Source: Polaribacter sp. (GTDB taxonomy: Bacteria > Bacteroidota > Bacteroidia > Flavobacteriales > Flavobacteriaceae). Taken from it: a stretch of DNA of 36,202 nucleotides. The stretch covers positions 1 through 36,202 of the forward strand of contig JAQWIO010000084.1 of the NCBI GenBank assembly GCA_029248845.1, in the 5' to 3' direction. The position numbers and the translations under genes were made by a program. Numbering within the stretch: position 1 is the stretch's first letter; each line of letters opens with the position of its first letter. The notes under the pieces were generated by a model, which saw only the letters and a program-made list of their open reading frames with translations, was not told where the DNA came from and did not search any database. Below are positions 1 to 9,399 of this stretch, piece by piece.

Positions 1-141
1 AGGTATCCAATAAATTCCATAATTTTAATTTAAGTGTGTTCTAATTAAGGCTAATTTACAAAAAAACAACGTAATTAAAGCAAGCAATAAATCTTAGTTT
101 AAAGGAAATCACTTCTATCTGCATAAAATTAATATCTAAAA

Positions 142-174
142 ACCCGATGGCGTGGATTTGAAATCCGTGCATTT
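142..174 (+). repeat. REP-like palindromic element, copy 1
   Basis: ACCCGATGGCGTGGATTTGAAATCCGTGCATTT: a GC-rich imperfect palindrome in AT-rich intergenic DNA, with an inverted copy at 307-364. Confidence 0.7.
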
Positions 175-257
175 CTTTATCTCCTTTCACGGTAGCTTTG
201 TATTTTGTTGACATGCAATTTTTTTGTTTTCTAAAGACAGTACAACTTTTTAAACAA

Positions 258-286
258 GAAAAACCCAAGTGCAGAACACTTGGGTT
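258..286 (-). terminator. Intrinsic terminator downstream of the Rhs-immunity genes
   Basis: Perfect 10-bp stem AACCCAAGTG (262-271) / CACTTGGGTT (277-286) with a 5-nt loop; on the minus strand it runs into TTTTTCTT. Confidence 0.7.
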
Positions 287-306
287 CATTTAAATTATTG
301 ATCGTT

Positions 307-364
307 AAATGCACGGAAAACATTTCCGCGCTAGCACTTTTGTGGCAAATCCGCGCCATCGGGT
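307..364 (-). repeat. REP-like element, copy 2 (inverted, internally expanded)
   Basis: AAATGCACGGA (307-317) and CAAATCCGCGCCATCGGGT (346-364) match the reverse complement of 142-174 with one mismatch; the extra sequence between them completes a GCACGGAAA..TTTCCGCGC hairpin. Confidence 0.7.
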
Positions 365-371
365 AGATTAT

Positions 372-845
372 TTATTCTGTACTATCTGCAATTTTTATAT
401 AATCAAAAGAATCGGCTTTATCAATAGCATCTTGTATTTGTGCCTTGTTTCCTATATAATACTTTGAAAATTTAACGACAGATGTTCCTTCTAAATCTCT
501 ATTTGCTGTTCCTGTAGTACCTCCATACACAACTATACTATCAGCGTTTAATTCTTTAAACTCATATGTATAAGGTATTTTTTTAGAGTTACTATTTTCA
601 TAATAAAATTCAGAAAATTCAGACCATCCAAAATTTGGTTTAAATTGTGTTTTCAATATTCCCGAAGAAGGAATGTCGTAAACTCTTTTATCTTCTTCAT
701 ATTTCTTTTCTGCGCCATTTTCTTGATTAAAAATCAAAATTATATAACCAGTATAATCTTTAGGCAAAATATAAATTTCCTTTTCTCCTGAACTACAACT
801 GCTAACCATAAACAGAATAAGTAATATTAAAACTATTTTTTTCAT
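372..845 (-). CDS. Lipoprotein, DUF6843-like; putative immunity protein of the upstream Rhs toxin
   Basis: Lipoprotein signal peptide ending MVSSC; ILPKDYTGYIILIFNQENG..RVYDIPSSGILKTQF pattern; starts 2 nt after the Rhs stop codon. Confidence 0.75.
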   Translation of the reverse strand: MKKIVLILLILFMVSSCSSGEKEIYILPKDYTGYIILIFNQENGAEKKYEEDKRVYDIPSSGILKTQFKPNFGWSEFSEFYYENSNSKKIPYTYEFKELNADSIVVYGGTTGTANRDLEGTSVVKFSKYYIGNKAQIQDAIDKADSFDYIKIADSTE

Positions 846-847
846 TC

Positions 848-3800
848 TTATTTATTAAATGTGTCTTGTACGTGTTTATTCCATTCTTGTACAGTATAAG
901 TTTTATCTCCTTGTGTAACTCCTGTAAAATTACCCTTACTATCAATATTCACTTGCATATTTACTGAAAACGTAGGTCTTTTATTTTCTCCAAATAATTT
1001 CTCTAATCCTCCTTTTTCTTTATGTGCACCCAATAACAAGTTTGTTTTACCTGATTGGTCAGTAATAAAAGCTTCTGTACTTGGGAAAGCATCACCAGTA
1101 AATTCTCCTGTAACATTTAAAATACCATTATCTAAATCCTCAGTAATATTTAAACTAGCCTGTACATCTAAATCAGGAGTAACTAAACTTGGCGTAATAG
1201 GGTCTTTTGCTGAATGCTTAAAATCTAAAGAAACACTACTATCTGAAGCGTTAACATTGCTAATAGAAGATGAAGGGTCAGGTCTTTCAGCCATTGGAGG
1301 AATATATGCTCCAGTACCAGGAGTTCCTGCTCCATAAAAAATAGTTAAATCACTAGTAGATACTGGGGATGTAGATGTTCCTTTTGCTGGGTCTACAGTA
1401 AATGAAGAACTTACTCTTGACCAAGCTCCTTGTTTTGAGCTTTGAGTTGAAGGACCACGACCATCTCCTTTAAAAGTTCCTCCACCTACAGAAGATGCAG
1501 ATATAAAAGAACGTATATGTACTGGCCAAGGCAATGCACCATCTGGGTCAACAAACATTAAAGGACTATTAAACGCATAGTTATAAGGGCTATGTCTTCT
1601 CATCTGTTCAGCTAATGGATCAATATTCATCCATCTACCTAAACTCGCATCATAATTTCTAGCACTAAAGTCGTGCCAATCTAATCCAAGTTCTTCATTC
1701 AATTCTTTTCCGTTATACCCAAACTTCTGCGCAGTACTATTCCCATTAGAACTTACGATATTATTATACCCTTTGTGTTTGAGCCCAAAAGGATAGTAAT
1801 TACTTTCCTCTACAATGGTTGTTCTAGAGCGGTTTCCTTTGACAATTTTAAGATCGTCAAACCAAGCGGTTGCATTGTTAGTTTGATGATACAAACCAAT
1901 GCGCAAATTAATTTTATCTATGTTTGCAGGTACAGTAACTGTTTTTTCATAATACACCCATTTCCCTTTTGTTTTAATAGCATCTCCATCAAATACTTCT
2001 GTAAAATATTTTGTTTCGTCGTTTTCATTCATAAAAAAACTAATTCTACCCCAAGCATATCCACTACTTTCTACAAATACTCTTCCAGAGAAAGTGTACT
2101 CTGTTTCTTCATTATTATCAATAGCTATCCATTTATTAGAATGTGCATAACGATCATTACCTGTTGTACTGTGTATTTTGAAAGATTTACCCCCTGAATA
2201 ACTTTTATCTGTAGCAATGGAAGCAGAACTTCCATATTTAGCACCAATACTATTCCAACCTTGAGTATTGGTCGCATTGTCTGTAAAAATAGTTTCTGGG
2301 ATATCTATATCATGGTTTTTTGTATAACTCAGTCTCACGTTGCCTAAATGGTCTTTATATTGGTAAATATAATCAAATTTTCCCAGATTATTTGGAGTTG
2401 CATAGCCTTCAGAATGGTTAAAAAACTGGAGTTCATTGTTTTCATAAATATAGTTCCCAGCATAGTCTGTATTTGTAAAAGCACTCAGGTTTTCTACTCT
2501 TTTTCTAATTTTTGTTCCAGTTGCATCATAAGTATACTCTATAGATTTATTATTTCCAAAATCAACTAAGGTGGGTAAATTCAAATGATTGTATTTGATC
2601 TCTTGAATCCCTTTGTTTGCATCTGCAATCATATTGCCATTTAGATCATAGCGGTATTCTTGATCGGTATCCGCACCATCTATAAATCCGTATTGTTTTT
2701 TCCCAGTATCCTTTACCTTGGTTAGCTGATTGCCATTATAGGTATAATTTAAATAGTCCATGGTGCCATAATCCCTGGCATTTCTCACTTCTGGATTTTC
2801 TACAACGGCCCCTCTTCTATACAACTGCAAAAGGTTTCCGTTTTTATCATAGGAAAAACTTCCATTGAATCGATAATATTGGTTCCAACTATAATACTTA
2901 GCCCATTTTATTCTATTGAGATCGTCGTAATAATAATTGTAATACCTGTCTGTGTTATCACTAGCTGTTTTCCAAATGCTTTGAGAGATATTTCCATTGT
3001 ATAATTTAGTATTCCGTAAGTTGTCTCCAGGATCGTTGTATAGCAATTCCATAGAAAATAACTTTTCGCCTAACCCAGCTTTAGGATCGTTAATCATTTT
3101 TAACCATCCCCGAACATTGTAGCTATAATCTACTTCTTGCAGTGGTGAAGAATAGGTGTTTCCAACTCCCTTTTTAATCAATTTTCCTAATTCATTATAG
3201 GTGTTTGCAACAATAACTTCTTCTGCTTGACCTCCTATTTTTTGAGTTTGTTTTTTTAATCTTCCAACATGATCGTATTCAAACTTATCTATAGTGGTAA
3301 TTGTTGGTAAATTATCATCTATTTTAGTGTGTATAGAAGTTGTTTCTATTACTCTTCCTACAAAATCTAATTTGCTCTTTACAATATCTGAACTTAATAA
3401 ATAATCGTTTTTAGCATACACATAGATCGGTCTTGCTTTATCATCATAGTAAGTAATGGTTGTTATCCAATCGTTGGTATCTAAAACTTTTACTTTACTT
3501 CCAGTTGGAAGTCCTTTTAATCGAGTAGTAGAATTTATCCCATATACATTTCTCACAGAAGTTCCTGTACCTGCTCTGTTAAAAGTATAATTGTCATAAT
3601 AGTTTACAGTGTATACTTCTAAATTAGTTGTTGGAAAATTCTTACTATTATAATAAATACCTAAAGACCCTGCAGTGGTTAATTTAGTCTCATAATATTT
3701 TGGTGCTGTATTATTTACAGCCTCAAAATGAGTCTGCATTTGTTTTTGAGACAGTGTTTTATGATGGGTATAAATTCCTGTATAAGCCACTCTTCCAAAA

Positions 3801-5209
3801 ACATCGTATTTGGTAAATAGCCATTTTTTAGAAGCTCTTAAATTGGCATCTTGGGTTAATACAGGCCTGTCTAGTTTATCATAGACAATGTATTCCCATC
3901 CTTTACCGGGTATTTTCTTTTGAATCAAACGGTTTCTTGTATCGTATTTGTATTGGTGACAGAGTTTGTCTAAAAGTTCTTTCATTTTTGCTTGAGAGAC
4001 TGCTGGTGAAAATCCTTGAAGGTTTTGTGGGAAATCTTGTTGGGTGGTTTTATCAAAATCTTTGATTTTTAAGGAAATATTATCTCGATTAGACACATAG
4101 GTATTACAAAATAACTTTCCGTTTTTGACATAATAATAAACATATGCATAGGAACCTCCTGAGGATACCCAGGCACAACTCAACCAAAAATTTTTCATGG
4201 TCGAATAGATTAGTGGCAACTCCATGATTTCGCCCGATTTAAAGTTGCTGTTTGCTAAATTGTGCAAATTAAAATCTGCGACGTAGGCATATTTTCCGGG
4301 GGCTATTTTTTGAATCCCAAACTTTATAGTACCCGTAGGATTACCTCCTGTAACAAATTTGCTTGCCGGGTAACTTTTCATCCCTGTTTGATATACAATG
4401 GTTTTTTCTGAGGCTAAGGGTGGTATCACATAACTTAGATTCCCATAATCATCATACACATAATAGGTGTCATGGGCTACATTCTTATTATAGGTTCTTT
4501 TTAAGACCACCTGCTCTTGTTTGTTTTTAAATTCTTCGGTGGTTTTGTCTGTATGATCATGACTCCGCCAATTCTCATCTTTGGTAATGGTTTTATACAG
4601 TGTGCTACTGTTGTAATAACTGTCGGCGATTGTTAATTTTGGACTAGCGGGGTCATTTTTTGTAAAATTTACTCCAAAATTTAATACTTCATTGGAAATA
4701 TTGGTTTGATAATCAAATTTTATGGTATGTCCATTGCCAACTTTCCAGTCTTTCCCTGGTGCTGCTTGTTCTAAAACTCTATTTAATGGTGAGTTGTCAA
4801 AAACTTTTTGGGAATAGGCATTGACATTCTCTAGAGAAACACCTGCAAAGTCTTTTGGATATTTATCTTGATAAAATTCATTGGTCATATTTTCAAGATC
4901 TCCGCTTCGAAAAGCCCCCTTATTTGTGCTTGCTGCATAGGGCAGGTACTCTTTGTCTTGCCTACCGAATGCATCATAGCCTATGTGGGTGATGATGTCT
5001 TGTTGTTGTCCGCCGGCTTGTACAGCGATCTGTTGTTTGGGGCGCCCTAAACCGTCGTAGTAGGTAATGCTTTCTTGTTGTTGATCTGCAGCAACATTGC
5101 CTGTTTTTGTAGCTACCTTATAAGTTGTACTTTTTATGTAATTCTCAGTACTGCTTTGTGCCAACATACTCAATGGCAAAAACAATAATAGGGATACTAA
5201 CGTTTTCAT
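848..5209 (-). CDS. Rhs repeat-associated core toxin with N-terminal DUF6443 domain, Sec signal peptide, inserted CBM-like domain and C-terminal toxin domain
   Basis: Signal peptide (SMLA|Q); ESITYYDGLGRPKQQIA (DUF6443-type); YD repeats; YQYKDHLGNVRLSY, NYYPFGL, YNGKEL..ARNYDASLGRWMNIDP..PLMFVDPDG Rhs core and autocleavage motif. Confidence 0.92.
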   Translation of the reverse strand: MKTLVSLLLFLPLSMLAQSSTENYIKSTTYKVATKTGNVAADQQQESITYYDGLGRPKQQIAVQAGGQQQDIITHIGYDAFGRQDKEYLPYAASTNKGAFRSGDLENMTNEFYQDKYPKDFAGVSLENVNAYSQKVFDNSPLNRVLEQAAPGKDWKVGNGHTIKFDYQTNISNEVLNFGVNFTKNDPASPKLTIADSYYNSSTLYKTITKDENWRSHDHTDKTTEEFKNKQEQVVLKRTYNKNVAHDTYYVYDDYGNLSYVIPPLASEKTIVYQTGMKSYPASKFVTGGNPTGTIKFGIQKIAPGKYAYVADFNLHNLANSNFKSGEIMELPLIYSTMKNFWLSCAWVSSGGSYAYVYYYVKNGKLFCNTYVSNRDNISLKIKDFDKTTQQDFPQNLQGFSPAVSQAKMKELLDKLCHQYKYDTRNRLIQKKIPGKGWEYIVYDKLDRPVLTQDANLRASKKWLFTKYDVFGRVAYTGIYTHHKTLSQKQMQTHFEAVNNTAPKYYETKLTTAGSLGIYYNSKNFPTTNLEVYTVNYYDNYTFNRAGTGTSVRNVYGINSTTRLKGLPTGSKVKVLDTNDWITTITYYDDKARPIYVYAKNDYLLSSDIVKSKLDFVGRVIETTSIHTKIDDNLPTITTIDKFEYDHVGRLKKQTQKIGGQAEEVIVANTYNELGKLIKKGVGNTYSSPLQEVDYSYNVRGWLKMINDPKAGLGEKLFSMELLYNDPGDNLRNTKLYNGNISQSIWKTASDNTDRYYNYYYDDLNRIKWAKYYSWNQYYRFNGSFSYDKNGNLLQLYRRGAVVENPEVRNARDYGTMDYLNYTYNGNQLTKVKDTGKKQYGFIDGADTDQEYRYDLNGNMIADANKGIQEIKYNHLNLPTLVDFGNNKSIEYTYDATGTKIRKRVENLSAFTNTDYAGNYIYENNELQFFNHSEGYATPNNLGKFDYIYQYKDHLGNVRLSYTKNHDIDIPETIFTDNATNTQGWNSIGAKYGSSASIATDKSYSGGKSFKIHSTTGNDRYAHSNKWIAIDNNEETEYTFSGRVFVESSGYAWGRISFFMNENDETKYFTEVFDGDAIKTKGKWVYYEKTVTVPANIDKINLRIGLYHQTNNATAWFDDLKIVKGNRSRTTIVEESNYYPFGLKHKGYNNIVSSNGNSTAQKFGYNGKELNEELGLDWHDFSARNYDASLGRWMNIDPLAEQMRRHSPYNYAFNSPLMFVDPDGALPWPVHIRSFISASSVGGGTFKGDGRGPSTQSSKQGAWSRVSSSFTVDPAKGTSTSPVSTSDLTIFYGAGTPGTGAYIPPMAERPDPSSSISNVNASDSSVSLDFKHSAKDPITPSLVTPDLDVQASLNITEDLDNGILNVTGEFTGDAFPSTEAFITDQSGKTNLLLGAHKEKGGLEKLFGENKRPTFSVNMQVNIDSKGNFTGVTQGDKTYTVQEWNKHVQDTFNK

Positions 5210-5229
5210 AGGGGTAGATTTTATAGGGG

Positions 5230-8200
5230 TTAGTTTTTATAATTGTATTGGTTGTTAGTTAACATATTTCCATCGGCATCTTTTACAAATTCTAACCGGT
5301 TAAAAGTATCGTAAGTATAGTATATGGTTTCTCCTCTGGGGTTGGTGATACTGGTAACGCCAATCAAGGGATCGTAAGTGTAGGTGGTTACTTGAGCATT
5401 GGGAAGAGCTTTTCTTAATAAAGTAAGTTTGTCTCTTAATACTTTCTCATTACAATTACCGGAATCTAAACATCTAGAAGTATCTGAATTAGAGGCTGTG
5501 ACAGCTGTCTTTATTTTAGTTTGAACTGCTGTTATCTGAGCATCGGTATAACCTTCTATCTTAGCAATGGGTTGAGTCTTATGATAGCCCCAAACATAAT
5601 AGATTTTTGTGCCGTCTTTTTTACTAACAATCTTAGGGTTACCTCTATTGTCATAACTATGGTATATAATTAAATCTTCTAAAACATTAGTTCCTTTTGC
5701 TTGAGAATATTTATAAATAGGGTAAGTATAATTGTTAATATTATTATGCGTTATGTATTTTCTTTGATGAAGGAATTTTTCCAATTTAATTCTTTCAGAA
5801 TTTAATGTAATTTCTTTTTCAACAATAGGTGTTAAAAAATTACTTGAAGTCATATAGCTATATGGGTAACTTGAAAAATTATGTGAATATTTAATTTTTG
5901 TTTCAATTATTTCGTTATTAGAAGTTGTTTCTTTTATATTAGAGATTTGATTGTAATTGTTATACAAATAATCTTTATTTACCGTTAGAGAATCAATTCC
6001 GAAATAACTAGTTTCTTTTGAAGAAATAAGTTGAGATTTATACCTTTTTTTTATTGGATATCCTCCAATTTGATAAATAGCACAATATCCATTGTCGCAA
6101 GGGCTTGATATACCAGTTGTTGCATAAAAAACTTTACTGTATTTTGCTCCATAAAAAGAACCGTAATCAATTATGGAAGTGTAATTATTATATTTCTTAT
6201 TTAAAAGCACATCATTTTTATCATAAACTAATTCTGAAGCTATTAAACCATTATCTAAATTATGTTTAATGGGAGGTAAGGTAACTGCATTTGAAATCGA
6301 TGTTGAAGAGATACTGCCAATATTAGTAATATCATCTGGATTGTTTTTAAAATAAGAAACTATTTTTCCGTTATTAATACTATCTTGTTCATTATGAATC
6401 TGCTTTTCAATAACTTTATCATAGCCGACATAATTACCACTAGCGCTTGTAGAAATTGTAGCGATATTAGAACTAGAAATAGATAATTTAGTTGCATTAA
6501 AAAAACGTTGTATACAACTGTTTGATGTATTTATTTTATGTTGGATTTTAAAATCACTTTTTTTAGCGTAAATTAGGGGGGTCATTAGTTTTCCACCCTC
6601 GTATTCATAGCTTTTTTTAGTTGCTAGTTTTAAATTAGAGCTGTAATTGCTAATTTCCTTTATTCTGAGTCCTCCTCCTTTTGAAATTGTATTGTGAGTA
6701 TTTGAATTAAAATAACTCAATTGTAAAAAAGCCTGACTAGAATTAATTGTACCATTATAACTTCCACAGCCTCCGAAAGCTCTAGCATAAACAACACCTT
6801 TATTAAAAGAATAATTTAATCCAGAAATGATTTGTTCTTGACTACCATTTATTTGCATCTGAATGATTTCTTCTTTATCTATATATTGATTAAAATTTGA
6901 TTGATTAAAATTTGAAGTTCCTTTAATTAGACCTAAAACACCCATTGCATGAGCTGGTGAATAATAGGTTCCATTATCAACTAATAATTGTAAACTTTCT
7001 TTAAAACTATAAATTTTAATATAGGTATCTGAATAAGCAGTATTTAGCTCAACACTAGTACACCCTCTAACACTTAATAATGCAGTTCCTGAAAATCGCA
7101 CATTATCTTGCCTTAATGTTATTATTTCAGATCCAGGTGTATTTGACGTAGTAGGGTTGGTGTCTATTCTAATAGAAGCAGGAGTAGCATTATAATCAAT
7201 TGCTGGTGCTAAGTAATTATCAAAAGAATTTAATTCATAAGTAAATTCTGTATACCCTCCAGTTGGATAGGATATTTTCTTTAAAACTGCCGATTTCGCA
7301 TGTTCTAAACTAGCTCCTTTGTTATTGTTTTCATAATCATCTAAATAGTTATTTTCATCTTGATAATTAAAACGATATAAATTTGGAAAAGTAGTAACGT
7401 TAGATAAGTATCCATTATAAAATCCCCAATAATCGCTAGCTAAAGATGTTTTTTGAGGTAATGGTAAAGTTTCGTTATAATTAAAAGTATAAGAAGGTTT
7501 TCCTAATTCTTCTAAAGAATTTAATTTTAAACGATGTGTTTTTTCATTGGATGTTTTCGTTACAAAATTACTGTAATAATTTAAATCGTTATTTAAATTA
7601 GTTCCTGAGGTATGCCCTATAAAATACCCATAGTTAAAATTAAATGTTTTTAATGCTGTAGAGGCTAAATTTCTTTTAATTTCAATGCGATCTAACTTTT
7701 TTGCACCTACCAAGTCAATTCTATCAGAAGTCGTAAATGAGATTATCCCTTCAGGAAAAGTTATCGAAGATAAATAAGAATATTTTTGTTTGACTAAACT
7801 TTTACTTTTGGCAACATCATAATTTAAAAAACCAAGCGGAAAACTATCTGATATCGATTTTTTTTCAAAAATACTCAAAGATTCAGAAATCGAAGGATAC
7901 CCGACAATTTCATTTGTAAGCGAATAATTAAAAGTGATCACATCTCCTTTATTTGTCTGTATCTGAGTTAATTGATACGTTCTTGAAGCTCTTTCTTGAC
8001 GGACGGATAAATTTAAACCTCCACCACCTGAAATACTTTGTGAACCATTAGCTACATAGATACTTTCCTCTTTTAATTCGAAGAGAAATTGATGCCCTTC
8101 TGGTACAGTTATTAAAAAATCTGAGGGCTCTTGATTACTGGAATGTGAGTTAGGTAATATTTTAATTCCTTTGTCTGTTAAACACACAAAGGTTTCACTT

Positions 8201-8802
8201 TCCCAATCAAGTAAAAAACTACCTGAATACCCTAAAAAATTAAACTTAAAAATATCAGGTTCAGAGTCCCAATAACCACTTGTATAAGATGGATGTATAT
8301 TGTTCATTTTATTACCATTAAAAAATGAGCAACCTCCAACACCAGTTCCTCCACCAACTTTTGCATTAATATAAAAATTAGAACAAGTTCCAATTGAAGA
8401 CGGAGTTAAAGAAGAACTAATAGTTTCAAAGTCAGGTAGCATTCTTGAAGAGTAAAACCCAAAATCATCTGTTCCATTTACTATTTGAGTAATACTACCT
8501 GCATCATGGAGTGTCCATCCTAAACCTGTCCATCCAGATTCTTCATTTACGCGAAATCCATTTGAATGATAGGTAAGATTAATTGGAACATTCAATCCTC
8601 TAACCTCTATATTATAAATAGGTATGGATATATTGGGTACTCCTGTATATTTACCTACTGGTACTTCCCCATATTTCATAAATTCAAATGATTTTGGATT
8701 GGGTGGTAAAACACTAGGGAGTTTTGTATTCTCATTCATTTGACCATTAACAGTATTAACACACAATAAGCATATACAAACACCGAATAATAATTTTTTC
8801 AT
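5230..8802 (-). CDS. YD/Rhs-repeat partner protein (N-terminal shell half, TcB-like), Sec signal peptide, no Rhs core
   Basis: Signal peptide (TVNG|Q); PPNP..KYGEVPVGKYTGVPNISIPIY, GWTGLGWTL, EPDIFKFNFLGYSGSF, DYWGFYNG, ISYPTGGYTEFTYE, GGGLRIK and C-terminal TYTYDPLIGVTSITNPRG..YTYDTFNRL motifs typical of Bacteroidetes Rhs-associated proteins. Confidence 0.85.
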   Translation of the reverse strand: MKKLLFGVCICLLCVNTVNGQMNENTKLPSVLPPNPKSFEFMKYGEVPVGKYTGVPNISIPIYNIEVRGLNVPINLTYHSNGFRVNEESGWTGLGWTLHDAGSITQIVNGTDDFGFYSSRMLPDFETISSSLTPSSIGTCSNFYINAKVGGGTGVGGCSFFNGNKMNNIHPSYTSGYWDSEPDIFKFNFLGYSGSFLLDWESETFVCLTDKGIKILPNSHSSNQEPSDFLITVPEGHQFLFELKEESIYVANGSQSISGGGGLNLSVRQERASRTYQLTQIQTNKGDVITFNYSLTNEIVGYPSISESLSIFEKKSISDSFPLGFLNYDVAKSKSLVKQKYSYLSSITFPEGIISFTTSDRIDLVGAKKLDRIEIKRNLASTALKTFNFNYGYFIGHTSGTNLNNDLNYYSNFVTKTSNEKTHRLKLNSLEELGKPSYTFNYNETLPLPQKTSLASDYWGFYNGYLSNVTTFPNLYRFNYQDENNYLDDYENNNKGASLEHAKSAVLKKISYPTGGYTEFTYELNSFDNYLAPAIDYNATPASIRIDTNPTTSNTPGSEIITLRQDNVRFSGTALLSVRGCTSVELNTAYSDTYIKIYSFKESLQLLVDNGTYYSPAHAMGVLGLIKGTSNFNQSNFNQYIDKEEIIQMQINGSQEQIISGLNYSFNKGVVYARAFGGCGSYNGTINSSQAFLQLSYFNSNTHNTISKGGGLRIKEISNYSSNLKLATKKSYEYEGGKLMTPLIYAKKSDFKIQHKINTSNSCIQRFFNATKLSISSSNIATISTSASGNYVGYDKVIEKQIHNEQDSINNGKIVSYFKNNPDDITNIGSISSTSISNAVTLPPIKHNLDNGLIASELVYDKNDVLLNKKYNNYTSIIDYGSFYGAKYSKVFYATTGISSPCDNGYCAIYQIGGYPIKKRYKSQLISSKETSYFGIDSLTVNKDYLYNNYNQISNIKETTSNNEIIETKIKYSHNFSSYPYSYMTSSNFLTPIVEKEITLNSERIKLEKFLHQRKYITHNNINNYTYPIYKYSQAKGTNVLEDLIIYHSYDNRGNPKIVSKKDGTKIYYVWGYHKTQPIAKIEGYTDAQITAVQTKIKTAVTASNSDTSRCLDSGNCNEKVLRDKLTLLRKALPNAQVTTYTYDPLIGVTSITNPRGETIYYTYDTFNRLEFVKDADGNMLTNNQYNYKN

Positions 8803-8919
8803 AACATTTTTTTTAATAATTTGTTTTTAATGGGGGTAAAGATTTTAAAATTTAGTTTCAATCAGGAAAAAGGATTCCTAATAAAAATTCCAAGTTCTTT
8901 TTTTGTTGAATAGCAACAT

Positions 8920-9051
8920 CGGGCTCAAAATATTTGTACATTTTATTTAAACAGAGGCTTCAGAAAAGGAAGGTAGCGTGTTTGGTATTTCTTGAAATAG
9001 AAATGAACCACTAAAAATAGTTAGTGAAACACTAAAAACTAGCTTTTTCAT
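8920..9051 (-). pseudogene. Relic 5' end of a second Rhs partner gene
   Basis: Hand translation from ATG 9051: MKKLVFSVSLTIFSGSFLFQEIPNTLPSFSEASV*IKCTNILSP, resembling signal peptide + QExP..P.SxEAS..K....P N-termini of the partner family; shares its upstream sequence with the Rhs gene. Confidence 0.45.
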
Positions 9052-9399
9052 AGGGGTATTTTATAGATTAATAATTATAATGCTAGAAAAGAATCAAGAA
9101 TATGAAAGAAGTTCAACACCGGTTTTAGAGCACAAAATAGCCATCACAAGAGCGAGATCGCTTTGTTAATTGTTAATAATGTGTGTGTAAATAGGGAAAA
9201 TCAAAATATTTTTTTCTTTTACTTAGCATCTTCAATATATCAAAAATTATTTATTATGCAAAATAAAAGGTAAAAAAGTATTGATTTAGTGATTTATTTA
9301 TAAAAAAAGCCTTAATTAATAATAAAAACACAATTATGATTCCCTTCAGAATTTATTTTTTTGTATTTCGATATCTACATAAAAATAAAAAGCAACTTT

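Noticed and set aside
56-289. 77-aa ORF on the minus strand
   Set aside because: It runs through the terminator hairpin and a REP-like repeat and has no protein-like features.
9122-9141. GTTTTAGAGCACAAAATAGC, resembling the start of a Cas9 repeat/sgRNA scaffold
   Set aside because: Single copy with no array, anti-repeat or cas gene; the same 10-mer occurs by chance inside lolA at 29961.
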